A stretch of DNA of 41,151 nucleotides from a virus. The position numbers and the translations under genes were made by a program. Location of the stretch: the IMG/VR virus record IMGVR_UViG_3300045136_000406; one strand, written 5' to 3'. The notes under the pieces are model-generated. The model ran no database searches. It worked only from the letters and a program-made list of their open reading frames with translations, and was not told the origin of the DNA. Below, piece after piece: positions 14,370-23,697 of the stretch (the stretch's first letter is position 1; each line of letters opens with the position of its first letter).

Positions 14370-15404
14370 GTGCGACGCGACGCGCTGCTCCTGGCCCCCG
14401 CGCTGCTGGCGTTCCTGGTCGGCGTCTGGCTGCCGCTGGCGCAGCTCAGCAGCGACTTCCGCGAGGCGTTCGCGCTGGCGGCCGCGCTCTCTCACGGGAT
14501 CGCCCCCCAGGCGCAGGCCGCGTGGGTGGCCCACTGCGAGGCGGGCCGCTGCGTGGCGTTCCCGTCGCCGCTGCCGCCGTCGCTGGCCCTGCTGGTGCTG
14601 CCGCTGGTGCCGCTGGGCGAGGATGCCGCGACGCTGGTCTGGAGCGGGCTCCAGGTGGCCAGCCTGCTCGCGGGCTGCCTGCTCGGTCAGGCCCTCCTCG
14701 GGCTGCGGCCGCGCCTGTGGCTGGGATTGCTGGGCGGCGCGGCGCTCGTGCTCGGCACCGATGCGCGGAGCGACCTCCTCTACGGCAATTTCACGCTTCC
14801 CCAGCTCGCGCTGGTGCTGGGGGCCTGGCGGCTGCGCCAGACGGGGCGGCCTGGCCGCGCGGGCGTGCTGCTGGCGCTCGGCCTGCTCATTCGCCCGAAC
14901 GTCGAGATGCTGGCGGCGGGGCTGTGGCCGCTGGCGCTGCGCGACTGGCGCATGCTGCGCGGCCTGGTGGCGACCTGCCTGGTCGCCGTCCTGGCGGTGG
15001 TCGCGGTGGCACGCCCCGCGGCCTGGCTGCTCTGGCCCAGCGGGATCGATGCCGCGCGCGCCATCTGGCCCGCGGGAATGGTTCCCGCGAGCGCGGGGCC
15101 GCTGGTGGTGGCGGTCCTGCTCATGGTCGGGCTGGGGCTCGCGCTGCGGGCGCGGCCGCCCGGCCTCGCGCTCGCGGTGCTCGTCTTCTGCGGCCTGCTG
15201 GCCGGGCGGCTCACCTGGCACGAGTACGGCGCGATGGCGCCGGTCGCGTGGCTGGGAATCGCGATGCGGATGCATGCTATGCAATCCGCATCGCGACGAG
15301 AAACGAGTCAGTGCGAATCGTCGTATTCTCGGACGCTGCGCTGTTCTGGGCCCAGCGCAGCCTCACGGAGCCGGGCGTCGCTCCGTTCCGCGCAACCCCA
15401 CTGA
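14370..15404 (+). CDS. Polytopic membrane protein, GT-C/DUF2029-like glycosyltransferase (putative); 3' end overlaps the convergent tail-fibre gene
   Basis: 344-aa track ORF with many hydrophobic segments. SSDFREAF loop and FPSPLPPSLALLVLPLVPL resemble DUF2029/GT87-type proteins. The last 40 or so residues are read antisense to 15277..16131. Confidence 0.45.
   Translation: MRRDALLLAPALLAFLVGVWLPLAQLSSDFREAFALAAALSHGIAPQAQAAWVAHCEAGRCVAFPSPLPPSLALLVLPLVPLGEDAATLVWSGLQVASLLAGCLLGQALLGLRPRLWLGLLGGAALVLGTDARSDLLYGNFTLPQLALVLGAWRLRQTGRPGRAGVLLALGLLIRPNVEMLAAGLWPLALRDWRMLRGLVATCLVAVLAVVAVARPAAWLLWPSGIDAARAIWPAGMVPASAGPLVVAVLLMVGLGLALRARPPGLALAVLVFCGLLAGRLTWHEYGAMAPVAWLGIAMRMHAMQSASRRETSQCESSYSRTLRCSGPSAASRSRASLRSAQPH
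15259..15296. repeat. Perfect 13-bp inverted repeat (TCGCGATGCGGAT-N12-ATCCGCATCGCGA) centred on the tail-fibre stop codon
   Basis: Read directly at the junction of the convergent genes. Confidence 0.6.
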
Positions 15405-16131
15405 AGAGGACACCGATCTGCCCGCCGGTGGTGATGCCGATGGTATGCACGCCGCCGCTATCGATATGGTTCGAGTACATCTGCGTGTTCGTGGCATCCG
15501 TCACCCCAAGTTGGGGACCTATGAATGTGCTCCGCACATTCCCCCCGCTGGGAATATCGAAGTCCGCCTTCAGGTCCGGCGTAGCAGATGACGGAGTTGT
15601 GAGCGCGAGCATGCCCCAGAAAGCCCAGATCTCGGATGCGCCGATTGTGAACGTGAGGTGGTCGTCGTTCTGGAGCGTCGTCGAGTTGTTAACCGTCTCG
15701 TCGGCCGTTTTGCGCTTGACGACCAGCGTGCCGACCGTGTGAACATGATCGCGGCGGGCGGCGTAGGTGCTGGTCCCGTCCGCCGCTGTCAGCGCGGTGG
15801 GGGCGGGGTCTCCCTCGGCATCGGAGAAGCTATTGCCAGAGCTCGGCGTCGCCCATACCAGATGGTGCGTGCTCGGGTCCACCGTGAGCACCTGGCCGTC
15901 CGAGCCCTTCGCCAGCCGCGCGGGCACCCCCGATGCGCCCCCGACGACCAGGTCGTCCTGAGTGGTCATCGGGTTGCTGAGCGCCGAACCCACCCCGACC
16001 GTGTCCCAGCTCGAGCCGTTGTCGCGGTAGAGCACGACGTCGTCGGTCGAGTAGTACAGGCGCCCCGCGATGCCCGCGCTGGGCCGCGCGCTCGTCAAGC
16101 CGTAGCCGACCATGCTGGACCAGAGCGCCAT
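15277..16131 (-). CDS. Tail fibre protein
   Basis: 284-aa track ORF. ...GSDGQVLTVDPSTHHLVWATP... and YAARRDHVH motifs common in phage fibres. The C-terminal third has lower GC. Confidence 0.55.
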   Translation of the reverse strand: MALWSSMVGYGLTSARPSAGIAGRLYYSTDDVVLYRDNGSSWDTVGVGSALSNPMTTQDDLVVGGASGVPARLAKGSDGQVLTVDPSTHHLVWATPSSGNSFSDAEGDPAPTALTAADGTSTYAARRDHVHTVGTLVVKRKTADETVNNSTTLQNDDHLTFTIGASEIWAFWGMLALTTPSSATPDLKADFDIPSGGNVRSTFIGPQLGVTDATNTQMYSNHIDSGGVHTIGITTGGQIGVLFSGVARNGATPGSVRLRWAQNSAASENTTIRTDSFLVAMRIA

Positions 16132-16485
16132 CTACGCCTCCACCATGACCACGTCGCCGCCCGCGAACACCAGCTCGGGGCTCGCGGCATCCCCATTCGT
16201 GACGGGCTCCCAGCGCAGCGCGCTGTTGCGCCATGCCGAGCCGTCGTAGCGCAGCCGATCCGCGAGCGCGGGGCTAGTGAGCGTCACGTCGCTCAGGTCG
16301 TCCAGCGCGCTCACGGCCGAGCCCCACTGCCAGGCCGAGCCATCGTAGGTGCCGATCTGGTCGGTGTCGGTGGCGTAGGCAACCGCGCCCTCCGCCACCG
16401 CGTCGCCGCTGAGCGCCTCCACGTTGGCCTGCGTGTCCTGGTAGAGCACCAGCGGGCGCCCGTACTGGCGGTCGTTGACCAGCAT
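16132..16485 (-). CDS. Hypothetical tail-fibre-module protein (117 aa)
   Basis: ATG at 16485 (last 117 aa of the 329-aa track ORF). YDGSAWQW / YDGSAWRN repeats. Confidence 0.45.
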   Translation of the reverse strand: MLVNDRQYGRPLVLYQDTQANVEALSGDAVAEGAVAYATDTDQIGTYDGSAWQWGSAVSALDDLSDVTLTSPALADRLRYDGSAWRNSALRWEPVTNGDAASPELVFAGGDVVMVEA

Positions 16486-18020
16486 CAGGGCACCGCCACC
16501 ACGGCCACCCCGATCGTCGACGGGTCGCCGAACCAGCAGTCGTAGAACAGGTAGTCCGAGCCGCCGATGCGGATCAGCCGCGGCCCCTCGGTCTCGCCGG
16601 GCGCGCTGGCCGCCCCCTCCCAGGTGCGGGTCGCGTGCATCACTACCCCCGCGGCGCTGCTGTCGAGCGTCCAGGTGTGCAGGTCGGTGGATGTCGCCCG
16701 GCCGATCTTGCTGAACCCCAGGTCGCTGGGCTTGCCGGCGACGTAGAGGTAATAGGTGCCGTCGCGCAGAATCAACGTCGAGGGGTTGAACACCGCGCCC
16801 TGCATCCAGTCGCTGCCCGCGGGCGAGATCACGGGATTGCCCGCGTAGCGGCTCCAGCTGATGCCGTCCGTCGAGGTGAGGAGCCCGATGGCGGCGTCGG
16901 TGCTGGCGGGCTCGTTGCCCTGGTACAGCGCCACCCAGTCGCTCGGCCCGCGCTTCATCACGCTGCCGATCCCGAGAATCGACCCCTCCCAGCCCGTGGG
17001 CGAGAGGATCGGGTTGCCGCCGTACTTGGTCCACGGCCCGAAAGGGCTGGTGGCGGTCGCATAGCCGACCTGGATCGTGCCGCCGGGCCAGCTGTCGAAG
17101 CCGCCGAACCACATCTTCCACAGCCCCGCCGCGCGGTCGTGCAGCACGACCGTGCCCGCGACGCTCATCTCGTCCCAGTCGCCGCTGCCGCCGTGGCTGA
17201 GGATCGGGTTACTCGCGTACTTGGTCCAGCCGCTGGTCGGGTTGAAGCCCTCGAGCGGCTGGCTGGCCACCCCGACCTGGTAGACGAACAGGTCCGAGCT
17301 GCCCGTGTAGAACAGATACACGGTGTCGCCATCCACCACGGGCGTGGCGCCGCTGATGCGGTAGTCGTCCCAGGCGCCGCTCGCGCCCAGCGGCAGCACG
17401 ATGTTCGCCGTGTCGCTCCCGTTGGGCTTGCCGCCCGTGAGGTCCCCGCTGGGCGGGGCGGGCCAGGCATCCCAGGCGCCGCCCCACTCGACCTGCACGT
17501 CGAGCTGACCCGCCGCGGTCGCCGCCTGGTCGATGTCGAGCGTGAGCAGGTCCCCCTCCGCCAGCAGGTGCTGGTCGGGGGTGGCCGCCGCGTAGCCGTC
17601 GGCGTCGTCGTGCGCCAGCGTCGGGCGGGTCGCGTCCACGAACAGGCTGGAGCCGTTGCGGTTGAGGTCCACGATCGTGCTCGACGCGCTGCCGAGCGCG
17701 GCGCACGCGAGCAGCACGCGCGAGATGCTGCGCGATGACGGCACCACGAATTGCCCTCCGACTCCCGAGATCGCGGAGATTCGGCCGTCCACCGTCCAGC
17801 GCTCGGGCGAGAATGCCTGCGTGGCATAGGTTGCCAGGATCGGGCTGGTGACGCTCGGGTCGATCCCGATCGGCGCCCCGCTGCCGCCACTGCCGCCCAG
17901 CACCCCGCCGACGTGGCCCGCGTCCAGCGTGTTGCCGCGCCAGCCCCTCCGCATGAACTGGTAGGCGATGCGCTCGTCGATCACCCGCAGCAACTCGCGG
18001 AACGTGCTGTCGAAACTCAT
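16485..18020 (-). CDS. Tail protein with C-terminal beta-propeller glycosidase-like domain (GH43/GH32/GH130-like)
   Basis: 511-aa track ORF. Repeated blades: NPILSHGGSGDWDE..., GGNPILSPTGWEG..., AGNPVISPAGSDWMQG..., YYLYVAG. Confidence 0.5.
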   Translation of the reverse strand: MSFDSTFRELLRVIDERIAYQFMRRGWRGNTLDAGHVGGVLGGSGGSGAPIGIDPSVTSPILATYATQAFSPERWTVDGRISAISGVGGQFVVPSSRSISRVLLACAALGSASSTIVDLNRNGSSLFVDATRPTLAHDDADGYAAATPDQHLLAEGDLLTLDIDQAATAAGQLDVQVEWGGAWDAWPAPPSGDLTGGKPNGSDTANIVLPLGASGAWDDYRISGATPVVDGDTVYLFYTGSSDLFVYQVGVASQPLEGFNPTSGWTKYASNPILSHGGSGDWDEMSVAGTVVLHDRAAGLWKMWFGGFDSWPGGTIQVGYATATSPFGPWTKYGGNPILSPTGWEGSILGIGSVMKRGPSDWVALYQGNEPASTDAAIGLLTSTDGISWSRYAGNPVISPAGSDWMQGAVFNPSTLILRDGTYYLYVAGKPSDLGFSKIGRATSTDLHTWTLDSSAAGVVMHATRTWEGAASAPGETEGPRLIRIGGSDYLFYDCWFGDPSTIGVAVVAVP

Positions 18021-19903
18021 CCCTGCACCCGAAACGAGAATCCCACGTTGTGCCCGCCGCCGCCCGTGTTCTCGGCCTGGATCGCGAGACAGTTCGTGCC
18101 CATGACCAGGAGCTGGGTGAAGGCGGGGCTGGCGCCCCCCGCGCCAGGGACGTTGAGCAGCAATTGGCCGTTGATCCAGACGAACAGCCAGTCGTCGCCG
18201 GCGCAGATGAAGTCCGTCAGGCTGTAGGTCCCGGTCGCCAGCGTGAACTCGTAGCGGTAGAGCAGGTGGCCGTTGGGCAGCGAGCAGCCGGCGTCGTAGG
18301 AGATCGGCCCCGTGCCGGGCGGGTAGACGAGCCCGATCGTCGGGCAGGCGTCCACCGGCGTCGCCCAGCCCGAATCGTCGAAGCCGGCGTACTGCCAGCC
18401 CGCGTAGGCGCTCGCGTCTCCGGCCACGTACTTGAGCTTCCCGCCCAGGAAGCCGCCGACGGTCCCGCTGAACACGCTCACGCTGCTCGATCCCGCCACC
18501 CCGCCCGTCGGATCGCCGCCGCCCGTGCCGTCCCCGATCGGCGGGGTGCCGTCACTGCCGCCGCCCAGCGCCGTGAGGTCGATGGTGGCGCTGGCGTTGT
18601 CCGTCAGCCCGTCGTTGTCCGTGACCGTCTCCGAGACCACGACCGTCCCGGTTGAGAGCGGCACCTCGAAGTGATAGGTGGTGGTGCTCGACGTGTCGGC
18701 CGTCTGGTCGTTGCTGAACGCGATGGTGCTGATGGTCCCGTCAGGGTCGGTCGATTCATCGGTGCAGTCGATGTCGAAGTGGTCGCTCCGCTTGGTGGCC
18801 CGCCAGGTGAACTGGGCGTCGGGCTGGACCTCGATCTCGCCCGGCTCCGAGCCGCCCCCCGTGGCCCCGCCCGTGGCGGTGACGGTCGTGAAGTAGCCCT
18901 GGGGCGTGACGGTGTGCCGCACATGCTTGACGCGGTAGTTCGTGGCCGCGGACCAGCCGAGATCGTCCCACACCACCGCCTCGGTGTCGCCGGGCTGGCA
19001 GGTCGGGTCGCCGACAATCTCGTACTCGATCTCCTCGCGCAGCAGGTTCGTATCCTGAATGATGATGTCCGCGCTCGTCTGGCATTGCTCGGTGCTCTGG
19101 AGGATGTCCTCCGAGACGATCAGCTCGACGTAGCCTGGCGGGTCGGGCACGAGCGGGTTGAATGCGGATGCGCCTGCCGCGACCGATGTCCCGTCCGATT
19201 TCGGCAACCCCTCCACGATCACCTTGTTGCGGATATCCGCGATCGTCTCGCGGCGCTTCAGCGCGAAGAAGTCTGGGCTCGCCTTCGAGCGGGTCACGCG
19301 CGCATTGGCGCTGGGGCGGCCCGTGACCCGCATGCGGCGCACCACGCCCGTCCTGGTGTCGAAGGTCCGCATCCCGAAACAGTTGTCGATCCTGTCGATG
19401 ATCTCCGCGGGGTTCGATCCGTGGCTGACCGCGATCGCCTGCACCGTCCCCAACGTGACCGCGCCACCCGGCTCATCGTCGAGCTTCAGATTGCCCGCCA
19501 GGATGCCCACCTGCTCGAGCTGGTCCGTGATGATCTGCTTCCCCGTCTGGTTGGCGTAGCTGAAGTCCTGGTAGATACCCACCTGCGCCAGGCTCATGCG
19601 GCCGAGCGCGGTGAGCGTGTTGGTGAGCTGGCCCGCGCTCCGCTCCCTGGTCTGCACGACGCCCGTGAACACGCGCGCGGTGACCCCGTTCCAGCCCAGG
19701 TCGATGGCCAGCTGCTGGCGGCGCTGGGAGAACGTCTGCGCGCTGAGGTTGGCCGCGAACACGACCGTCGCGCTGGCGGTGACGCTGTCGTGGCCGAGGT
19801 CCACCATGCACGACAGCACGGGCGTCGTGACCGGGAACGAGTCGAGAGAGACCACGCAGGTGGGGCGGTGAACGGCGGCGGCGCGCTCGGTGGCGAGCGT
19901 CAC
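18017..19903 (-). CDS. Tail tip/baseplate-hub-like protein with PKD-like repeat and C-terminal sugar-binding-like domain
   Basis: 628-aa track ORF. ...DCTDESTDPDGTISTIAFSNDQT...TVTDNDGLTDNAS (PKD-like). Position is two genes after the tape measure. Confidence 0.5.
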   Translation of the reverse strand: MTLATERAAAVHRPTCVVSLDSFPVTTPVLSCMVDLGHDSVTASATVVFAANLSAQTFSQRRQQLAIDLGWNGVTARVFTGVVQTRERSAGQLTNTLTALGRMSLAQVGIYQDFSYANQTGKQIITDQLEQVGILAGNLKLDDEPGGAVTLGTVQAIAVSHGSNPAEIIDRIDNCFGMRTFDTRTGVVRRMRVTGRPSANARVTRSKASPDFFALKRRETIADIRNKVIVEGLPKSDGTSVAAGASAFNPLVPDPPGYVELIVSEDILQSTEQCQTSADIIIQDTNLLREEIEYEIVGDPTCQPGDTEAVVWDDLGWSAATNYRVKHVRHTVTPQGYFTTVTATGGATGGGSEPGEIEVQPDAQFTWRATKRSDHFDIDCTDESTDPDGTISTIAFSNDQTADTSSTTTYHFEVPLSTGTVVVSETVTDNDGLTDNASATIDLTALGGGSDGTPPIGDGTGGGDPTGGVAGSSSVSVFSGTVGGFLGGKLKYVAGDASAYAGWQYAGFDDSGWATPVDACPTIGLVYPPGTGPISYDAGCSLPNGHLLYRYEFTLATGTYSLTDFICAGDDWLFVWINGQLLLNVPGAGGASPAFTQLLVMGTNCLAIQAENTGGGGHNVGFSFRVQG

Positions 19904-20262
19904 GGCGCCGCCCGCTCGAAGACGAGGACGGCCCGCACGCGGCTCCCGTCCTGCCCGAGCCGCGCTTGCGTGACCTGTTTCAGCACCATCCCCGTCCAGT
20001 TCGTGCCGAGCTCGTCCACCAGCGTCCCGCTGGCGACATTCGCCGGCTGGGTGAACGCCTGGAGCGCCTGGAGCACGCTGAGCGTGGCCAGGATCGGGAA
20101 CTCCCAGCGCTGGATCGGGGTGGCCACGCCCTGGACGTCGATCGCGCCCGAGGTGCCGATGAACGGCCGCTCGGAGATCTCGGCGCCGTCGGACATCGGG
20201 AGCGGCAGGTAGCCGTTCGCGTCGGGGAGCTGGGTGAACGCCTGAGAGCGAAACGTGGCCAT
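19900..20262 (-). CDS. Minor tail protein (120 aa)
   Basis: Track ORF immediately downstream of the tape measure. Confidence 0.45.
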   Translation of the reverse strand: MATFRSQAFTQLPDANGYLPLPMSDGAEISERPFIGTSGAIDVQGVATPIQRWEFPILATLSVLQALQAFTQPANVASGTLVDELGTNWTGMVLKQVTQARLGQDGSRVRAVLVFERAAP

Positions 20263-22994
20263 CAGGGGCGCGTCACGCTGTTGACGGCGCGGCTGCCCTG
20301 GCCGAGCGCGCTGCGCCAGGCCGCGAGCGCCTGCTGCGCGACCCGCTGCGCCAGGCGCTCCTCGTCCGCGGGGCTACTGATCTGGTTGCCCGTCACGGTC
20401 ACGTTGATCGAGGGGAGCATGCTCGGCTGGCCGCGGCCCGCGGGCAGCACCGTCTCGCCCCCGTGCACGACCGCCAGCCGCGCCGCCCCGAGCGGCCCTG
20501 GCACCACGCCGCCCGACGCGAAGCCGAGCACGCCCAGCGATGTGCCGCTGCCGCTCGATCCGCCGCTGCTGCTCGCGGCCGCGTCGCTGCGGGCGCTGGC
20601 CAGCGCGCGGAAGGCGGCCGCCAGGCTGTTGACCGCGTCGCGCGCCTGGTCGGCCGCCGTCTGCGTGTCGTGCATGGCCGCGCTCGCCACGTCGCCGTAT
20701 TGGCGCGCGTAGTCGGTCGCGGTCTGGATCGCCCCCGCGACGCCCGCGCTGGAGCCGATCGCGTCGCGCTGCTGGCTGGTCAGGATCCCCCACTGGGTCA
20801 TCTGGTCGAGCGCTTGCTGCATCGCGTCGGGGATGGGCTTCATGGCGTCGATCACGCCGTTCGTTTTGTCGATCTGCGCCTGGATCGCGGCGACGATTGC
20901 CTGCTGGGTGGTCTGCTGCTGCTGGAGCGCGTTCGCCTGCTGCTGGGCGGCGCTGGTCTGTTCGGCCGCGATCGTCTGGTTCAGCTCCTTCTGCTTCTCG
21001 ATCAGGGCGATCTGCGTCTGGAGGTCCGCGATCTGCTTGTCGAGCGGTGACTGCCCCTGCCCCTGATCGGGCGCGTTGACGAGCATCCCTGCCGCCAGGC
21101 CGCGGTGAATCTCGGAGGCGGACAGGCCCGACCGCTTGGCGAGCGCGGCGACCTCCTGATTCAGCGCGTCGGTGGTCTGCCTGACCGCGGTGGTCATGGC
21201 CTGCTGCTGCTGGAGACGCTGCATCTCCAGCCGGATCAATTGCTCCTTGAGCGGCAGCTCCTGGGCGTCGGCCTGGAGGTTCTGCGCCTGCACCGCCAGG
21301 CTCGCCTGCTCGAGCTGCGCCTGCACCGCGGCGAGCTGGCTCTGGGTGTCGCGGAGCTGCGCCTGGGCCGCGTTCAGCGCCTGCGTCTCGGCCGTCAGGT
21401 CGCGGAAATCCTGCGCCAGCGCCTGGATGTCCACCCCGCTGGAGGCGATCGCCTCCAGCCCCGACTGGAGGCTCGCCTGCTGCTCCTGCGCCTTCTGCAC
21501 GCTCTCGACGTAGGCGGCCCATTGCGCCTGCGCCTTCTCGAGCGGGGTGAGCAGCGCGTCCGGGGCGGCGTGATCGGCGATGGCCTGGAGGATGGTCTGG
21601 ATCTGGGCGTCGGTCTCGCGCTGCTGCTCGGCCGCCTGGACGGCCTTCTGCTGGGTCTGGAGATCCTGCGCGCGCGCCTCGGCGATGGACCGCGCCAGGC
21701 TGGCGGTTTTGCCGTCCGCGTCGAGCAGCAGCGCGCGCCCGCGCTGCTGGAGATCCTCGATCCGCTGCAGGACCGCGAACTGCTCCTGGCTGGCGGCGAC
21801 CGTGCGATGCCGCGCCGCCTCCTCCTGGTCGGCCGCCTGCCCGATGGCGCGCTCCTGGGCGTCGATGCGCGCCAGGATCTGGAGCTCGTCGGCGGCGCGC
21901 TGGCGAGCCTGGTCGCGCCGCTCAACCTCGGCATCCAGCGCCGAGGACGGGTAGGTCGGCAGCAGCGCGCCCGGATTGGCCGCCTGGGGCAGCCCCTCGC
22001 CGCCCGCGAGCCCGCCGCCCCCCGTCGCACCGCCCGGCAGCGGCCCGCGAGCCGCCTCGGCCCGCGCGTCGGCGATCGCCTGGCGCAGCGTGGCCATCTC
22101 CCGCGCCGAGTAGCGCGCCTTCTGCGCGAGGTCGTCGATCTGGGGATTGAGCGCGCCGCTCAGCGCGCTGGCGAACGCCTCCAGGCCGCCCGTGTCCTGG
22201 AGCGCGTCCATGAGATCGGCGAGCGCCCCGCCGGTGCGCGTCATGGCGGGCAGGACCGCCTGCCCGAGGTCCTCGCCGACGTTCTGGAGCTCGATGTCGA
22301 ACCGCTGCCAGGCGCCCGCCGAGGTCTCGGCGTAGGCCGCGGCCTGCCCGGCGAACTGCTGCTGCACCGCCGCCAGCGCCTCGGTGCCGCTCGCGCCGTC
22401 GCGCACCGCGATCCCGTAGCGCTTGAGGATCGTGACGTTGCCGTCGTGCACGCGCCCGACCAGCGTCGCCGCGGATAGGAGGTCCATGTTCTTGCCGCGG
22501 GCCACGTCCATGGCGACGGCCTCGAGCTGCTCGGCCTCCGTCAGGCTGTGGGTATGGCGGACCAGCTCGGCCAGCGCGTCGCGCTGCTGGTCGTCGCTGT
22601 AGGCGAGCCGCTCCCGCTGGTGGATGAGCGCCTCGATCTGCTCGCCCTGGTCGGCGTAGCTGATGCCCTGGGCGGCGAGCGCGGCCTGGAGGCGGGCGAT
22701 GCCCACCTGCTCGTCGGCGGCCATCCGCCCGAGCTCCACGAGGCCCGCCCCGAGCGCCGTGGCCGCGGCGACCCCCAGGCCCAGCGGTCCGGTCAGCCCG
22801 CCCGCCGCCGACCCGAGGATGCCGAGGCCGCTGCTGGCGCCGCGGGCCGCCGTCTCGATCGCGCCGAGCGGGCCCGCCAGCTCGCGCGGCAGGGTGCGGC
22901 CCAGCGCCGAGACCTGCGCCTGCACCTGCCGCAGCCCGGCCGTCGCCTCGTCGCGGACGCGGATCAGGATCGCCAGATCAGCGTTCGCCGACAT
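20262..22994 (-). CDS. Tail tape measure protein (910 aa)
   Basis: ATG at 22994 (residue 83 of the 992-aa track ORF). Long A/Q/L-rich helical protein with Gly-rich hydrophobic segment GLGILGSAAGGLTGPLGLGVAAATALGAG. Position is after the chaperone pair. Confidence 0.8.
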   Translation of the reverse strand: MSANADLAILIRVRDEATAGLRQVQAQVSALGRTLPRELAGPLGAIETAARGASSGLGILGSAAGGLTGPLGLGVAAATALGAGLVELGRMAADEQVGIARLQAALAAQGISYADQGEQIEALIHQRERLAYSDDQQRDALAELVRHTHSLTEAEQLEAVAMDVARGKNMDLLSAATLVGRVHDGNVTILKRYGIAVRDGASGTEALAAVQQQFAGQAAAYAETSAGAWQRFDIELQNVGEDLGQAVLPAMTRTGGALADLMDALQDTGGLEAFASALSGALNPQIDDLAQKARYSAREMATLRQAIADARAEAARGPLPGGATGGGGLAGGEGLPQAANPGALLPTYPSSALDAEVERRDQARQRAADELQILARIDAQERAIGQAADQEEAARHRTVAASQEQFAVLQRIEDLQQRGRALLLDADGKTASLARSIAEARAQDLQTQQKAVQAAEQQRETDAQIQTILQAIADHAAPDALLTPLEKAQAQWAAYVESVQKAQEQQASLQSGLEAIASSGVDIQALAQDFRDLTAETQALNAAQAQLRDTQSQLAAVQAQLEQASLAVQAQNLQADAQELPLKEQLIRLEMQRLQQQQAMTTAVRQTTDALNQEVAALAKRSGLSASEIHRGLAAGMLVNAPDQGQGQSPLDKQIADLQTQIALIEKQKELNQTIAAEQTSAAQQQANALQQQQTTQQAIVAAIQAQIDKTNGVIDAMKPIPDAMQQALDQMTQWGILTSQQRDAIGSSAGVAGAIQTATDYARQYGDVASAAMHDTQTAADQARDAVNSLAAAFRALASARSDAAASSSGGSSGSGTSLGVLGFASGGVVPGPLGAARLAVVHGGETVLPAGRGQPSMLPSINVTVTGNQISSPADEERLAQRVAQQALAAWRSALGQGSRAVNSVTRP

Positions 22995-23283
22995 CCGCCT
23001 CGGCCCCCCTCCGCGCCTGGCGCTCCTGCCAGAGCGCCGCCTGAACCTCGCCGACCCAGCCCACGGCGGGCGTGCGCGGCACGTCCTCGGGTTTCTCGGC
23101 TGCCTCGAGCGCCGCTTTGGCCCGCGCGTAGGCCCGCAGCTCGAGCACGTCCAGCGCCAGCGCCAGCGGCTGGTCGAGCGCGCCCCCCGCCACCAGCGGC
23201 ACGCCGAGCTCCTCGCATAGCCGCGACAGGAGCCACTCATCGGGCGGAGCGCCCCGTCCGTCCAGCGCGCGGTCCAGCGCCAT
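22978..23283 (-). CDS. Tail assembly chaperone, second ORF (gpT-like position, -1 frame relative to the upstream ORF)
   Basis: 101-aa track ORF with an ATGA overlap with 23283..23696. Confidence 0.45.
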   Translation of the reverse strand: MALDRALDGRGAPPDEWLLSRLCEELGVPLVAGGALDQPLALALDVLELRAYARAKAALEAAEKPEDVPRTPAVGWVGEVQAALWQERQARRGAEADVGER

Positions 23284-23696
23284 CAGCCTTTTAGGCGCTC
23301 GGCCTCCGGCGGCGGGGCTGGCACGAGCAGCCGCGCGGCCCAGAGCGCGGTCTGCTCGTCCAGCGCGTCGATGGTCTCGGGGCTCACGGGCGGGTCATAG
23401 CTCCACTCCACGATCCCCGCGCGCAGGAGGGTGCCGCGGTCGTAGCTCGCGAGCAGGTCGTCCGCGGTCGGCGAGGCGGCGGCGCGCCCGTTGTCGTCGG
23501 CGCTCGGCTCACGCGCCGAGGCCTGGAGGTCGCGCAGGTAGTCGAGCCCGACGCTGCGGTGGTAGCGCGCGATCGCCAGCACCCGCTCCTGCCGCGCCAG
23601 GTCGAGCTCGCGCCAGGACAGCATCCGCAGGCGCATCCACTCGCCCGGCTCGTGCGGGATCTCGTGGCGGGTGACGACCGAGGAGGTCAGCGCCAT
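23283..23696 (-). CDS. Tail assembly chaperone (gpG-like position)
   Basis: 137-aa acidic track ORF between the tail tube and tape measure genes. Confidence 0.5.
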   Translation of the reverse strand: MALTSSVVTRHEIPHEPGEWMRLRMLSWRELDLARQERVLAIARYHRSVGLDYLRDLQASAREPSADDNGRAAASPTADDLLASYDRGTLLRAGIVEWSYDPPVSPETIDALDEQTALWAARLLVPAPPPEAERLKG

Positions 23697-23697
23697 G

